Assembly: GCA_048268245.1 (NCBI GenBank)
Contig: JBLWVX010000021.1
Span: forward strand, 1-41,387
Length of the DNA stretch: 41,387 bases
From: Arcobacteraceae bacterium
GTDB lineage: Bacteria > Campylobacterota > Campylobacteria > Campylobacterales > Arcobacteraceae
Direction of reading: 5' to 3'
A program made the translations under genes and the position numbers. Positions 1 to 10,135 of the stretch are shown here, one piece after another; the first letter of the stretch is position 1, and every line of letters starts with the position of its first letter. A model generated the notes under the pieces. That model was not told where the DNA came from. It did no database searches and saw only the letters and a program-made list of their open reading frames with translations.

Positions 1-63
1 CATTAAATAATAAAATTAAAGCTTATATAAAAATTGATTAATATTACATTAGTATTTTTTTAA

Positions 64-69
64 TATAAT
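64..69 (+). promoter_or_regulatory. sigma70 -10 box (TATAAT) 6 nt before the TonB ATG; probable leaderless transcript
   Basis: TATAAT at 64-69, ATG at 76, no SD between them. Confidence 0.55.
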
Positions 70-75
70 CCTTTT

Positions 76-837
76 ATGAAACTAATTTTAATTGCATTTT
101 TATTATCTATTTCATTTCACTTCTTATTTCTTTTTTCTATTGAAAAAACTACTGAACCCAAAAAAGAGCAAGAAAAAAAAGAAGAACTAAAAAAAACAAC
201 TGAAATTAAATATGTAAAACTTAAAAAAAAGATTGAACCTAAAAAGCTTGAGCTAAAAAAAGAAGTAACTAAAACACAAAAACCAAAAATAGAAAAGAAA
301 AAAAGTATTAAGAAAAAAGCGCAAGTTAAAAAAACAATTAAACGTAATGTTAAAAAGAAAGAGTTAGAAAAAAGTAAAAAACTGCAAAATAAAATATTAA
401 AAGAACAAATTGTTAATAAAGAGGAATCTATTCAACATAAAACACTAGAAGATTTCTTATCTCAAAGTAATCCAAAAGAAGAAAAAATGTTAAGTCAAGT
501 TGAAAGACTTTATGGAAGAGAGTTTGATACATTTACAAAAGTTCAAAAAGCATTTATTAAGAAAAATTTAAATACATTTCAAGCAATAACACAAAGGGTA
601 TTAAATCAGATGGGTTATCCTTATATTGCAAGGGAAATGAGAATATCAGGTATAAATCAAGTATCTTTTATATTTCATCCAAATGGTGATATTTCCAATT
701 TGAAGATAACTAACTCTTCAGGCTACTCTGTTTTTGATGAGTATAGTTTAGAATTGATTAAAATTGCATATAAAGATTATCCAAGACCTAAAAGTGCTAC
801 AAAGCTTATTTTTAATGTACAATACAGATTTTATTAA
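76..837 (+). CDS. TonB-family energy transducer
   Basis: Single N-terminal TM helix (SISFHFL, SHLS-like), Lys/Glu-rich linker, and a TonB C-terminal domain (YPYIAREMRISG...VSFIFHPNGDISNLKITNSSGYSVFDEYSLELIK). Confidence 0.85.
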   Translation: MKLILIAFLLSISFHFLFLFSIEKTTEPKKEQEKKEELKKTTEIKYVKLKKKIEPKKLELKKEVTKTQKPKIEKKKSIKKKAQVKKTIKRNVKKKELEKSKKLQNKILKEQIVNKEESIQHKTLEDFLSQSNPKEEKMLSQVERLYGREFDTFTKVQKAFIKKNLNTFQAITQRVLNQMGYPYIAREMRISGINQVSFIFHPNGDISNLKITNSSGYSVFDEYSLELIKIAYKDYPRPKSATKLIFNVQYRFY

Positions 838-851
838 AAGGGAAAGAAAAA

Positions 852-1577
852 ATGACTAAACTAAATGAATTTTTTAAAAACTTATTCAATGGTGAGATAC
901 CTTTAAATATAGTATTTTGGATTTATTTTGTGCTTATTACTTTTGTATTAAATAGTTATATTAATCTTGATTTAGAAAACACTAATTATCAATTGACTTT
1001 CAATAAAGAAGAGACACTATTTAATCTTTTTTTATTTTCAATTTTATTCTTTTATACAATATTCATTTTTATTGCTGTAATAAAAAGTTCAAACAAATAT
1101 AAAGGTTCTAGATTTTTCTCATTTCTTGCGAAATTAACTGTAACATTAAATTTAATTGTAACGTTGGTTACAAGTTTAGATGTTATAAAAGTTTATTTGT
1201 TAGAAGACTATTTTATTGAATCTCAAATAAAGCTATATAAAGAACAAGTACCAATAAAAGTTAATTCGTATACAAACTTGAAGGATATTGATAAAATCGA
1301 AAATAAAATAAAATATACATATCAAATAATAAATAAAAGGTTTTCTCATATAGCAAGTTTAAATCTGAAAAGCTTCAAAGAAGATGTTCAAAACTCTTTA
1401 TGTGAGGATGAAACTACACTTGATTTGCTTAAAAAAGAGTATGTTTTAGAATATGATTATTTAGATGATAAAAATAATGAACTTATAAAAATAGTAACAA
1501 CTAAAGAAAGCTGTGGACCATCTATTTATGACCTTGATATGCTCAAAGTCATACTAAACAACCAAAATCAATTATAG
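852..1577 (+). CDS. Membrane protein with about 3 N-terminal TM helices and an extracytoplasmic C-terminal domain with 2 Cys
   Basis: Hydrophobic segments in residues 18-115; C-terminal NSLC...KESC pair; purine-rich SD-like sequence upstream. Confidence 0.7.
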   Translation: MTKLNEFFKNLFNGEIPLNIVFWIYFVLITFVLNSYINLDLENTNYQLTFNKEETLFNLFLFSILFFYTIFIFIAVIKSSNKYKGSRFFSFLAKLTVTLNLIVTLVTSLDVIKVYLLEDYFIESQIKLYKEQVPIKVNSYTNLKDIDKIENKIKYTYQIINKRFSHIASLNLKSFKEDVQNSLCEDETTLDLLKKEYVLEYDYLDDKNNELIKIVTTKESCGPSIYDLDMLKVILNNQNQL

Positions 1578-1646
1578 TCTTTTACATAATTTTAAACATA
1601 ACTTAGTAAAATACGAGAATTTTAATAATATATATCAAGGTAACAA

Positions 1647-2567
1647 ATGTTAACAGATAAAATAAGAAAGAAAGAAGAAGGCATTATTTTATATGGTATT
1701 ACACCACCTAAAATAAAGCATACAGAAGAAGAAATAAAAAAAATTGCAAAAAAACATGTAGAAAGAATATCTAAATTAAATGTTGATGGTTTAGTTTTAT
1801 ATGATATTCAAGATGAATCTGATAGAACAGATGAAAAGAGACCTTTTCCATTTATCAAAACTATCAATCCTTGTGAGTACTCAAAAAATTATTTACAAGA
1901 TTTAAAAACTCCAAGAATCGTTTATAGAGCAGTTGGGAACTATAATGAAGAGAGATTTTCTGCTTGGTTAGAAGAAACTAAACAAAGTCAAGTTCATTCA
2001 GTGTTTGTTGGGGCTGCTTCACATGAGCAACAAACAAATATCACTTTAAAACAAGCATATGAACTAAAAAGAAAAGTAAATGATAATCTATGTTTAGGTG
2101 GTATTGCAATACCTGAGAGACACGCTAAAAAACATGATGAACACTTAAGAGTAGCATCAAAAATAAATAGCTCTTGTGAGTTTTTTATTACTCAGTGTGT
2201 ATACGATTTAGAAGCATCAAAAATATTCTTAACAGATTATGCTAAATATGTTAAAGAAAACGATTTAGAAATGGTTCCAATTATTTTTACATTAACTCCT
2301 TGTGGTAGTGCTAAAACACTTGACTTTATGAAATGGTTAGGTATCAATATTCCAAACTATCTTGAAGAAGATCTAAAAGAGTCTGGTAATATTTTAGAAG
2401 AATCAGTTAAATTATCTAGAGATATATTCGAAGAACTTTATATCTTTGGTAAAAAAAGAGGAATTCCAGTTGGTTGTAATATTGAAAGTGTTGCAATAAG
2501 AAAAGAAGAAATTGAAGCCTCTGTTGAACTTCTTGAAGAAGTGAAGAAAATAGTAAGAGAAAACTAA
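1647..2567 (+). CDS. Methylenetetrahydrofolate reductase-like TIM-barrel protein (divergent)
   Basis: Motifs YGITPPK, YDIQDE..R...RPFPF, GGIAIPERH, FFITQCVYD and FMKWLGINIP resemble the MTHFR-like family. Confidence 0.7.
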   Translation: MLTDKIRKKEEGIILYGITPPKIKHTEEEIKKIAKKHVERISKLNVDGLVLYDIQDESDRTDEKRPFPFIKTINPCEYSKNYLQDLKTPRIVYRAVGNYNEERFSAWLEETKQSQVHSVFVGAASHEQQTNITLKQAYELKRKVNDNLCLGGIAIPERHAKKHDEHLRVASKINSSCEFFITQCVYDLEASKIFLTDYAKYVKENDLEMVPIIFTLTPCGSAKTLDFMKWLGINIPNYLEEDLKESGNILEESVKLSRDIFEELYIFGKKRGIPVGCNIESVAIRKEEIEASVELLEEVKKIVREN

Positions 2568-2588
2568 AAAATATTTTAAAAGTATAAG

Positions 2589-2627
2589 AAAAAAAAGAGT
2601 AACTATAGAATAGTTACTCTTTTTTTT
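2589..2627. terminator. Bidirectional intrinsic terminator between the convergent MTHFR-like gene and sodB
   Basis: A8-GAGTAACTAT-aga-ATAGTTACTC-T8 perfect inverted repeat. Confidence 0.85.
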
Positions 2628-3204
2628 AGTTCTCTAAATTTTGTGCTACAAAATCCCAATTTATTAATTTCCAAAAATTCTCTAAATAACTAGGTCTTGC
2701 ATTTCTATAATCAATATAATACGCATGTTCCCATACATCACAAACAAGTAATGGTTTTAAATCATCAACTATTGGAGTATTTGCATTTGATGTTGAAATA
2801 ATACTTAATTTATTGTCAGCATCTTTTACTAACCATGCCCAACCTGAACCAAAATGAGTTGTCGCTTTATCAATAAAATCTTTTTTAAACTCATCAAGTG
2901 AGCCAAAAGTTTCTAATAACTTATTTTCTAAGTTTATTGGTATTTGCTTTTCATTAGCAGTTAAGCTGTTCCAAAAAAAGTCATGGTTGAATACTTGTGC
3001 AGCGTTATTAAAAATACCACCTTGTGAAGTCTTAATAATCTCTTCTAATGGTAAATCTTCATATTTTGTATCTTTTATTAAATCATTTAATTTATTTACA
3101 TATGTTTGGTGATGTTTTCCGTAGTGATACTCTAAAGTTTCCTTTGACATTAAAGGCTCTAGTGCATCCATTTCATAAGGTAGTTTCATTAATTCATGTG
3201 TCAT
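2626..3204 (-). CDS. sodB: Fe superoxide dismutase
   Basis: HYGKHHQTY, FNNAAQ (Fe-type signature), HFGSGWAWL, DVWEHAYY. Confidence 0.95.
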   Translation of the reverse strand: MTHELMKLPYEMDALEPLMSKETLEYHYGKHHQTYVNKLNDLIKDTKYEDLPLEEIIKTSQGGIFNNAAQVFNHDFFWNSLTANEKQIPINLENKLLETFGSLDEFKKDFIDKATTHFGSGWAWLVKDADNKLSIISTSNANTPIVDDLKPLLVCDVWEHAYYIDYRNARPSYLENFWKLINWDFVAQNLEN

Positions 3205-3276
3205 TCTTTATCCTTTTGTATAAAATTTCTACACAAATCAATGATACTACTAAAAGCTTAATAAAAAGTAAATAGT

Positions 3277-4128
3277 TTATTTTATTGTTGCTAGAACTAA
3301 CTCTCTTAAAGTTTTACAAGCAACAGCAGTAGATACTCCACTTGCATCATGCTTTGGACTAAGTTCAACAACATCAAGTCCTACTACATTTTCTAACTTT
3401 GATAACATACCAATAATTTCAAGCATTTGATGGAAGTTTATGCCACCTGGCTCTGGTGTTCCAGTTCCGGGGAATACTGATGGGTCAAATACATCTAAAT
3501 CAATTGAAATATATACAGGTTTATTTTTTAATACTTCTACCCTATCTTCTAAAGTATTATATGTGAACTTCTCTAGATGTGCATGAGTTCTTGCCCATTC
3601 AAACTCTTCTTTTAATCCACTTCTAATACAGAATTGATTTAATCTATCATCGCCTAATAAATCATAAACTCTTCTAAAAACAGTAGCATGAGAAAACTCT
3701 TCACCTAAATAATCTTTTCTTAAATCAGTATGAGCATCAAAATGTATGATATTTAAATCTTCATATTTTTTACTTAATGCTTTGATAGGAGCATAAGATA
3801 CTAAATGCTCACCACCCATCATAATAGGCTTTTTATTTGATGCTACAATCTCATCAACTATTTCTTCTATCATAGATAAAGCACTCATTTTATCCCCGAA
3901 AGGAAGCTCTAAATTACCATAATCAAAAAGCTTTAAATCCTCTAAATCTCTATCTAGGTAAGGAGAGTAGCTTTCTATAGCCCAAGACTCTTCTCTCATT
4001 GCACTTGGGGCAAATCTAGCTCCTGGCTTAAAAGATGTTGTTCCATCAAAAGGAACTCCAAATAAAACTGCTTGTGATTCATTAAAATCGTCTTCAAAAC
4101 CAATAAACGTATTACTTTGAGCTTTCAT
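3277..4128 (-). CDS. speB: Agmatinase (ureohydrolase family)
   Basis: GGEH, HFDAHTD, SIDLDVFDP...PGTGTPEPGG and DVVELSP metal-binding motifs. Confidence 0.9.
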   Translation of the reverse strand: MKAQSNTFIGFEDDFNESQAVLFGVPFDGTTSFKPGARFAPSAMREESWAIESYSPYLDRDLEDLKLFDYGNLELPFGDKMSALSMIEEIVDEIVASNKKPIMMGGEHLVSYAPIKALSKKYEDLNIIHFDAHTDLRKDYLGEEFSHATVFRRVYDLLGDDRLNQFCIRSGLKEEFEWARTHAHLEKFTYNTLEDRVEVLKNKPVYISIDLDVFDPSVFPGTGTPEPGGINFHQMLEIIGMLSKLENVVGLDVVELSPKHDASGVSTAVACKTLRELVLATIK

Positions 4129-4131
4129 AAA

Positions 4132-5238
4132 TTATAATCTCCTCTCATAATTGTACATATCCATGTATCTAAAAGCTAATAAATTCTCTAATATTGCGAA
4201 TATTACTACAAAATTGATAAAAGAACTACCACCATAGGAAAATAATGGCAATGGAAGACCTACAACAGGTGCAAAACCAATAACCATTAGAATATTAACA
4301 CTCATATTAAAAAATATTAAAAGTGCCAATCCGGAGGCAAAACAACGTATGACATAGTCATCTTTGTAGTAATAATTCATACTAAGTAAATGCATAATAA
4401 GTAATGCATAAATAAAAATAAGCCCTAAGGCACCTAAGAAACCATATCTCTCTACAAAGTATGCAAAAATAAAATCACTTGTAGCAATTGGCAAAAATTT
4501 CAATTGTGTTTGGGTTGCATCTTCACTTACTTTTCCAACAAGCCCACCTGAACCAATAGCAATAATTGATTGCTGTACGTGATAACTTGGTTTTTCAGAT
4601 ATAAAATCTTTAATTCTTTTCTTTTGATAATCTTTGATTAAATATGTATAAATTAAAGGAGAAGCTAGACCTATACTTAAAATAATAGTTGCCCAAATTT
4701 TCCAATTTACACCAATAATAAATAAAATACCATAACCTACTAAAAGCATTACAAGTGCTGTTCCTAAATCAGGTTCTTTTGCAATCAAAATAAAAGGCAA
4801 TAATATATAAAAAGAAAAATATATAAAATCTTTTAATCCATAACCTTTTTTTGGTGGCGGTCTACTATGTATTAAATAGCCAAGCATTAAAATATAAATT
4901 GGTTTTATAAGCTCTGAGGGTTGCATAGTAGTATTTAAAATTGGAACTGGCAACCATCTTTTTGCACCAAGCTTTGTTACTCCCCAAAACTCCACAGCTA
5001 AAAGCAACGCAATACCTACCCAATATAAAAACGGAATTAGTCTTAATTTCTTCCTAATTGGTAAAATAAACACAAATGCAAAAGCAATTAGTGAAATTGA
5101 AAAGTATATTAATTGTTTCTTTGCTAATATTTCATTTGTTTCACTTATAAGGTGATGTGATAAAAACACCAAAGGTAAAACAAAGATTAGTAATAAATAA
5201 TCAAAATGGGATATAATCCTCTTATCAAATAAACGCAT
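4132..5238 (-). CDS. rodA: Rod shape-determining SEDS protein RodA
   Basis: GAKRWL, QPSELIK, EPDLGTA, YQKKRI, QSIIAIGSGG, SDFIF and PLFSYGGSS; multiple TM helices. Confidence 0.93.
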   Translation of the reverse strand: MRLFDKRIISHFDYLLLIFVLPLVFLSHHLISETNEILAKKQLIYFSISLIAFAFVFILPIRKKLRLIPFLYWVGIALLLAVEFWGVTKLGAKRWLPVPILNTTMQPSELIKPIYILMLGYLIHSRPPPKKGYGLKDFIYFSFYILLPFILIAKEPDLGTALVMLLVGYGILFIIGVNWKIWATIILSIGLASPLIYTYLIKDYQKKRIKDFISEKPSYHVQQSIIAIGSGGLVGKVSEDATQTQLKFLPIATSDFIFAYFVERYGFLGALGLIFIYALLIMHLLSMNYYYKDDYVIRCFASGLALLIFFNMSVNILMVIGFAPVVGLPLPLFSYGGSSFINFVVIFAILENLLAFRYMDMYNYERRL

Positions 5239-5257
5239 AGTGAAAGAGTATCTAAAT

Positions 5258-6244
5258 ATGGATAAAAATTTTATTGTTCAAGAAGCAAATAGACTAGATA
5301 AATTCCTTGCATCACAAATTGATGCATCTAGGAACCAAATAGAACAACTTATAAAAAAAGAGTTTGTACAAGTTGATGGGAAGACTGTTAGTAAAACAGG
5401 ACTTAAATTAAAAGTAGATCAAAAAGTTGATGTTCATTTTCCCCAAACTGAACTAAACCCAGTAAAAGATGAAACTTTTGTAAAAGAATCACTTGAAGGT
5501 AAAGATGTAAAAATAATTTATGAAGATGAACATATCTTAGTTGTAAATAAACCTTACAATCTTACAGTACATGATGCACCTAGTGTAAAAGATGCAACAC
5601 TTGTAGATTGGCTAAAACTTAAAAATATATCACTATCAACAATATCAGGTGAAGAAAGACATGGAATAGTTCATAGACTTGATAAAGGAACAAGTGGAGT
5701 GATGGTTGTTGCAAAGACAAATGAAGCTCATGTAGGATTATCAAAACAACTTGAAGATAAATCTATGGGAAGGTACTATCTTGCAATCATTGATTTACCT
5801 TTAAAAGATAATATCGTAATGGAAAAACCAATTGGAAGAAGTCCAAATAATAGACTAAAAATGTCAATTGAAGCAAATGGTAAAAATGCAAAGTCAGCTT
5901 TTGCCAAAATACAAAAAAGTAATAATGAAAAATATGAGCTAATAGCAGCAAAACTATTTACAGGAAGAACTCATCAAATAAGAGTACACCTAGCTTCGAT
6001 AAATAGGCATATTTTAGGAGATAATTTATATGGTTTTAAGGGCGATTTAAATAAAATAAATAGATTTTATTTACATGCATATAATCTATATTTAACTCAT
6101 CCTATAACAAAAAAACAGATGAGTTTTAAAGCAGATTTACCAAATGATATGAATGACTTTTTAAATAATAACTTTCAAACGGAGATTATAAATGACAACA
6201 TTGATGAAAACAACATCATTAACAGCTTTAGTTCTTTTACTTAG
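5258..6244 (+). CDS. rluD: RluA/RluD-family 23S rRNA pseudouridine synthase
   Basis: N-terminal S4 domain (RLDKFL), GIVHRLDKGTSG and TGRTHQIRVH. ATG at 5258 preferred over GTG at 5240. Confidence 0.88.
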   Translation: MDKNFIVQEANRLDKFLASQIDASRNQIEQLIKKEFVQVDGKTVSKTGLKLKVDQKVDVHFPQTELNPVKDETFVKESLEGKDVKIIYEDEHILVVNKPYNLTVHDAPSVKDATLVDWLKLKNISLSTISGEERHGIVHRLDKGTSGVMVVAKTNEAHVGLSKQLEDKSMGRYYLAIIDLPLKDNIVMEKPIGRSPNNRLKMSIEANGKNAKSAFAKIQKSNNEKYELIAAKLFTGRTHQIRVHLASINRHILGDNLYGFKGDLNKINRFYLHAYNLYLTHPITKKQMSFKADLPNDMNDFLNNNFQTEIINDNIDENNIINSFSSFT

Positions 6245-7463
6245 TGGTTGTAGTATAAACAATCTAAACACTCCAATAAAACCAAAAATTGATGATACAA
6301 TTCCTGTAGTTGATAACAACTCAATTAAGGTGATTTCTGATATTACATCAATAGGTTTTGAATGGCAAAAAGTAGATGACCCAAGAGTTGTGGGATATAA
6401 CTTCTACAGAGCCAATATGCACAAAGATGGTAGAAGATTAAAACTAATTGAGAGTTTAGACAACAGATATGCTACGCATTTTGTGGATACAAACTTAGAT
6501 CCAAATACAAAATATGTTTACAAAATCTCTTCAAAAGCAAGAAATGGAATGGAATCAAAAACAACAAAAGCTTTAGTTGCTAGTACTTCTGCAAGGGCTT
6601 TACCTGTAAGTTTTGTTCAGGGAATAAATGACCTTCCAAATAGAATAAAAATTGTATGGAGACCACATCCTGATTTAAGAATCGAGTATTATAAAGTACA
6701 AAAACTTGATTTAAAAAATACAAAATGGGTTACTTTAAAAACAATCAAGGGTAGACTAAATGCTGAGTACATTGATTCTAACTTAGGGAATAATGAAACA
6801 TTTAAATACAGAGTAATTGCTTATACTTTTGAAGATATAGCAACTCAACCAAGTAAAGTAGTAACTGCAAAAACAAAACCTTTACCAATTGGTGTACAAA
6901 ATCTTCAAGTAACAACAAACCAACCTAAGAAAATAGTTTTAAGATGGGAACCAAGTCCTACTGAAGATGTTATAAAATATGTAATTTATAGAAGTCCATT
7001 TAAAAGTATTGGATTTACAAAGCATAAAGAGTTTACAAAAAATACTTTAGACTATACAGACCATATAGATGATGATGGGAAAACATACTACTATAAAGTT
7101 TACTCAATTGATAAAGACTTTTTAAGAAGTTCTGATAAGATTGATGCAAAAATGGGTATGACTCTTACGAAGCCTTCAAAACCTATTATGACTCTAGCTC
7201 AAATTCAAGGTTCTAAAGCAATTTTAAACTGGACACCAGGTGATAAAAGAGCAGTTTCTTATAACGTATATAAAACTACTCAAACAGGTTTCTGGGAAAG
7301 TAAAACAGAAAAGTTCACTGATATTAAAGGCTTAAGATTTGAAGATAATAATATCATCAATGGAATACAATACAAATACTCTATTCAAGCAAATGACACA
7401 TATGGATTAATTTCAGATAAAACTGATGAAGCTGAATTAATCTTACCAAAAATTCAAAAATAG
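6192..7463 (+). CDS. flpA: Fibronectin type III repeat lipoprotein (FlpA-like)
   Basis: Lipobox LLLSGC and about 4 FN3 repeats (W...Y..YR...Y.D..L.....Y.Y). Same position between the pseudouridine synthase and trmB as C. jejuni flpA. Confidence 0.75.
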   Translation: MTTLMKTTSLTALVLLLSGCSINNLNTPIKPKIDDTIPVVDNNSIKVISDITSIGFEWQKVDDPRVVGYNFYRANMHKDGRRLKLIESLDNRYATHFVDTNLDPNTKYVYKISSKARNGMESKTTKALVASTSARALPVSFVQGINDLPNRIKIVWRPHPDLRIEYYKVQKLDLKNTKWVTLKTIKGRLNAEYIDSNLGNNETFKYRVIAYTFEDIATQPSKVVTAKTKPLPIGVQNLQVTTNQPKKIVLRWEPSPTEDVIKYVIYRSPFKSIGFTKHKEFTKNTLDYTDHIDDDGKTYYYKVYSIDKDFLRSSDKIDAKMGMTLTKPSKPIMTLAQIQGSKAILNWTPGDKRAVSYNVYKTTQTGFWESKTEKFTDIKGLRFEDNNIINGIQYKYSIQANDTYGLISDKTDEAELILPKIQK

Positions 7464-7474
7464 TAAAGAAGAAA

Positions 7475-8671
7475 ATGCCGCATATCGTATATAAAAAAAC
7501 AGATTTAGTTAAAACGCCATCAACTTGTGATGGTGTTGATTTTAAGTTTATAGCAAAATCATACAATTTCACGCAGAAAAAAAGAAATACAGAATATAAA
7601 ATAGCTGTTCAAAAAGATAACAGAGAGTTTTTACTAACAGTTAGACCAAAAGATGAAAATCAGATGGTTAAATTTGATAAAGTTACAAGAGTCTCACCAG
7701 TATCTGTTGTAAAAGATGCAATCAACAGTTATGCAAAAACTATTGAAGCTGATATTATTTTTTCAAATACAAATAATTTTTCAAATAAAATTGTTCCACA
7801 AAATAAATATATAAAAGATATAAACTATTTTGTAGATGAATTTGATACAGACAAAGAAATACAAATAGAGATTGGTTTTGGAAGTGGTAGACATCTAATT
7901 CACCAAGCAAAAAACAATCCTGATGTACAGTTTGTAGGACTTGAAATACATACTCCATCCATTGAGCAGTTATCAAAACAACTAGAAATACAAGAAATAG
8001 AAAATGTTTTAGTTGTAAACTATGATGCAAGATTATTTATGGAGTTTATTAAATCAAACAAAGTTGGTAAAATCTTTGTACACTTCCCTGTACCTTGGGA
8101 TAAAAAACCACATAGAAGAATCTACTCAAATGAGTTTATCAATGAAGCTTTAAGAGTTTTAAAAATCGGTGGAACTTTAGAGCTTAGAACTGATAGTAGA
8201 AAGTATTTTGATTATTGTACAGAACTTCTTACAAATCTTCCAAAAGGAAGAATTACTATTGATATAAATAAAGATTTAGAAGTATCAAGTAAATATGAAG
8301 ACAGATGGAAAAAAATGGGTAAAAATATCTATGATGTAGTTTTAGTATCTTCACAAGAAGATGAACCTATAGATATAAAGCCTGATTTTGATTTTGATTT
8401 TGAAATAGAAGACTATTTAAAATTGATTGAAAACATCCCAACAAAATCTGTAGTTGAAAATGGATATTTTGTTCATATTGAAGATATTTTTACTTTAGAA
8501 AACAAAGAAAATTCAGGAATGATACAACTTACTATGGGTAACTTTGATAGACCTGTAAGTAAGTATATCTTAGTTGAGCAAGGAAAGATTTCTTATTATC
8601 AAGGAAGTCCTATTCCTACAAGCTCTAACCTAAATGCACATAAAAAATTAAAAGAGATTTTAAGTAAATGA
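7475..8671 (+). CDS. trmB: tRNA (guanine-N7)-methyltransferase, long Campylobacterota type
   Basis: IEIGFGSGRHL, GLEIH, HFPVPWDKKPHRR, LELRTD and SKYE. Confidence 0.93.
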   Translation: MPHIVYKKTDLVKTPSTCDGVDFKFIAKSYNFTQKKRNTEYKIAVQKDNREFLLTVRPKDENQMVKFDKVTRVSPVSVVKDAINSYAKTIEADIIFSNTNNFSNKIVPQNKYIKDINYFVDEFDTDKEIQIEIGFGSGRHLIHQAKNNPDVQFVGLEIHTPSIEQLSKQLEIQEIENVLVVNYDARLFMEFIKSNKVGKIFVHFPVPWDKKPHRRIYSNEFINEALRVLKIGGTLELRTDSRKYFDYCTELLTNLPKGRITIDINKDLEVSSKYEDRWKKMGKNIYDVVLVSSQEDEPIDIKPDFDFDFEIEDYLKLIENIPTKSVVENGYFVHIEDIFTLENKENSGMIQLTMGNFDRPVSKYILVEQGKISYYQGSPIPTSSNLNAHKKLKEILSK

Positions 8672-9330
8672 TTGAAGCTAAAAATATATACTTATCTTAT
8701 GATGATAATAAATATATTATAAAAAAAGGTAATTTTACTATTAAACAAAAAGAGTTCATCTTCATAGGTGGAAACTCAGGTAGTGGTAAATCTACTTTAT
8801 TAAAATCATTTTATGGAGATATTCCCTTAAAACATGGTAGTTTAAAGATTGAAGGACAAGAAGTATTTGGTATTGGAGGTAAAAAGCTAAGGGTTTTAAG
8901 AAAAGATATTGGAATTATATTTCAAGACTACAAACTTATTAGTGAATTTACTATTGAAGAAAATATAATGATTCCTCTTAAAATCAATGGTTACTCAAAT
9001 GAAGTTTCAAGAGATCAAGCAAATAAGCTTTTAGCTCATGTAAGACTTTCTCATAGAGCGGGATATTATCCAAATGAAATAAGTGGAGGTGAGCAACAAA
9101 GAGTAGCAGTAGCAAGAGCTTTAGCACATAACCCAAAAATTATTATTGCGGATGAACCTACAGGAAATCTTGATGATTATTCTGCTGAAGTTGTATGGAA
9201 CTTACTAAAAGGTGCAAATGAACAACTAGGTATTACTATAGTAGTTGTAACTCATAGAGTTCCTAAAAACTTAGGTATTAAATTTAGACAGTTGTCTTTA
9301 GAGGATGGTATGATATATGAAGTTTCTTAA
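8668..9330 (+). CDS. ftsE: Cell division ABC ATPase FtsE
   Basis: [29 protein letters not shown] and ADEPTGNLD; followed by ftsX. Confidence 0.9.
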   Translation: MIEAKNIYLSYDDNKYIIKKGNFTIKQKEFIFIGGNSGSGKSTLLKSFYGDIPLKHGSLKIEGQEVFGIGGKKLRVLRKDIGIIFQDYKLISEFTIEENIMIPLKINGYSNEVSRDQANKLLAHVRLSHRAGYYPNEISGGEQQRVAVARALAHNPKIIIADEPTGNLDDYSAEVVWNLLKGANEQLGITIVVVTHRVPKNLGIKFRQLSLEDGMIYEVS

Positions 9331-10135
9331 AAATATTTTTGCTTTTTTAATTCCTTTAACTTCAATGCTAATTACTTTTTCAATATATCTATTAATTGAT
9401 AATGTAGTAGATAACTATAAACAAAAAATATCAAATGATTACTCAATTGTTATAGTTACAAATACACCTCTTATCAAAGAGAATATTAATACTTTAGCGG
9501 GAATTGATGTAGAAAAAATACAAACTTTAAAGAAAAATCGTATTATCAATAATATCAAATCAAATTTATCTGATACATCTATAGAATTATTAAAAAGGAA
9601 ACTTCCTAACTTCTATCAGATATATTTAGAAGAGTTTCCTACAACAACTCAATTAGATGAGATCAAAGATACCCTACTTCAAAACAAAAATATAAGAAAA
9701 GTAGAAGTATTTTCTAAAAATCATAATCAAACATATCTATTATTAGTTTTATTAAATAGTATTACATTTATTCTATTTTTTATTATTACAATTTTTGCAA
9801 TAATTATCATTGCAAAGCAAGTAAAACTTTGGTTCCACGAACATAGTACTAAAATAGCTATCTTAAGACTACATGGTGCATCTATTTTATATAGTGCTTC
9901 AAGTGTGTTAAATTATGCTATCCTTAGTTCACTATTTTCTTTTATAATTGTTGGTGCATTTTTATATTATGTTTCAAATAATATGATGGTTATTTTTCCA
10001 TATGAGCTAAAAGATATAATAAATGTTGAGATAGATTTATACAGTGAATTATCGAAACTATTTCTATTATCATTTGGAATATCTTTGTTTACAATAATTG
10101 GCGTATTATTAAAGTACAAAATAAACAATGATTAA
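9317..10135 (+). CDS. ftsX: Cell division permease FtsX
   Basis: TM1, large periplasmic loop, then 3 TM helices; ILRLHGAS motif; lies between ftsE and an EnvC-like gene. Confidence 0.82.
   Translation: MKFLKNIFAFLIPLTSMLITFSIYLLIDNVVDNYKQKISNDYSIVIVTNTPLIKENINTLAGIDVEKIQTLKKNRIINNIKSNLSDTSIELLKRKLPNFYQIYLEEFPTTTQLDEIKDTLLQNKNIRKVEVFSKNHNQTYLLLVLLNSITFILFFIITIFAIIIIAKQVKLWFHEHSTKIAILRLHGASILYSASSVLNYAILSSLFSFIIVGAFLYYVSNNMMVIFPYELKDIINVEIDLYSELSKLFLLSFGISLFTIIGVLLKYKINND

Noticed and set aside
3048..3275. 75-aa plus-strand ORF
   Set aside because: Antisense overlap with sodB and no recognisable motif; a shadow ORF.
7381..8030. Minus-strand ORFs 7381-7572 and 7755-8030
   Set aside because: Antisense to flpA and trmB; shadow ORFs.
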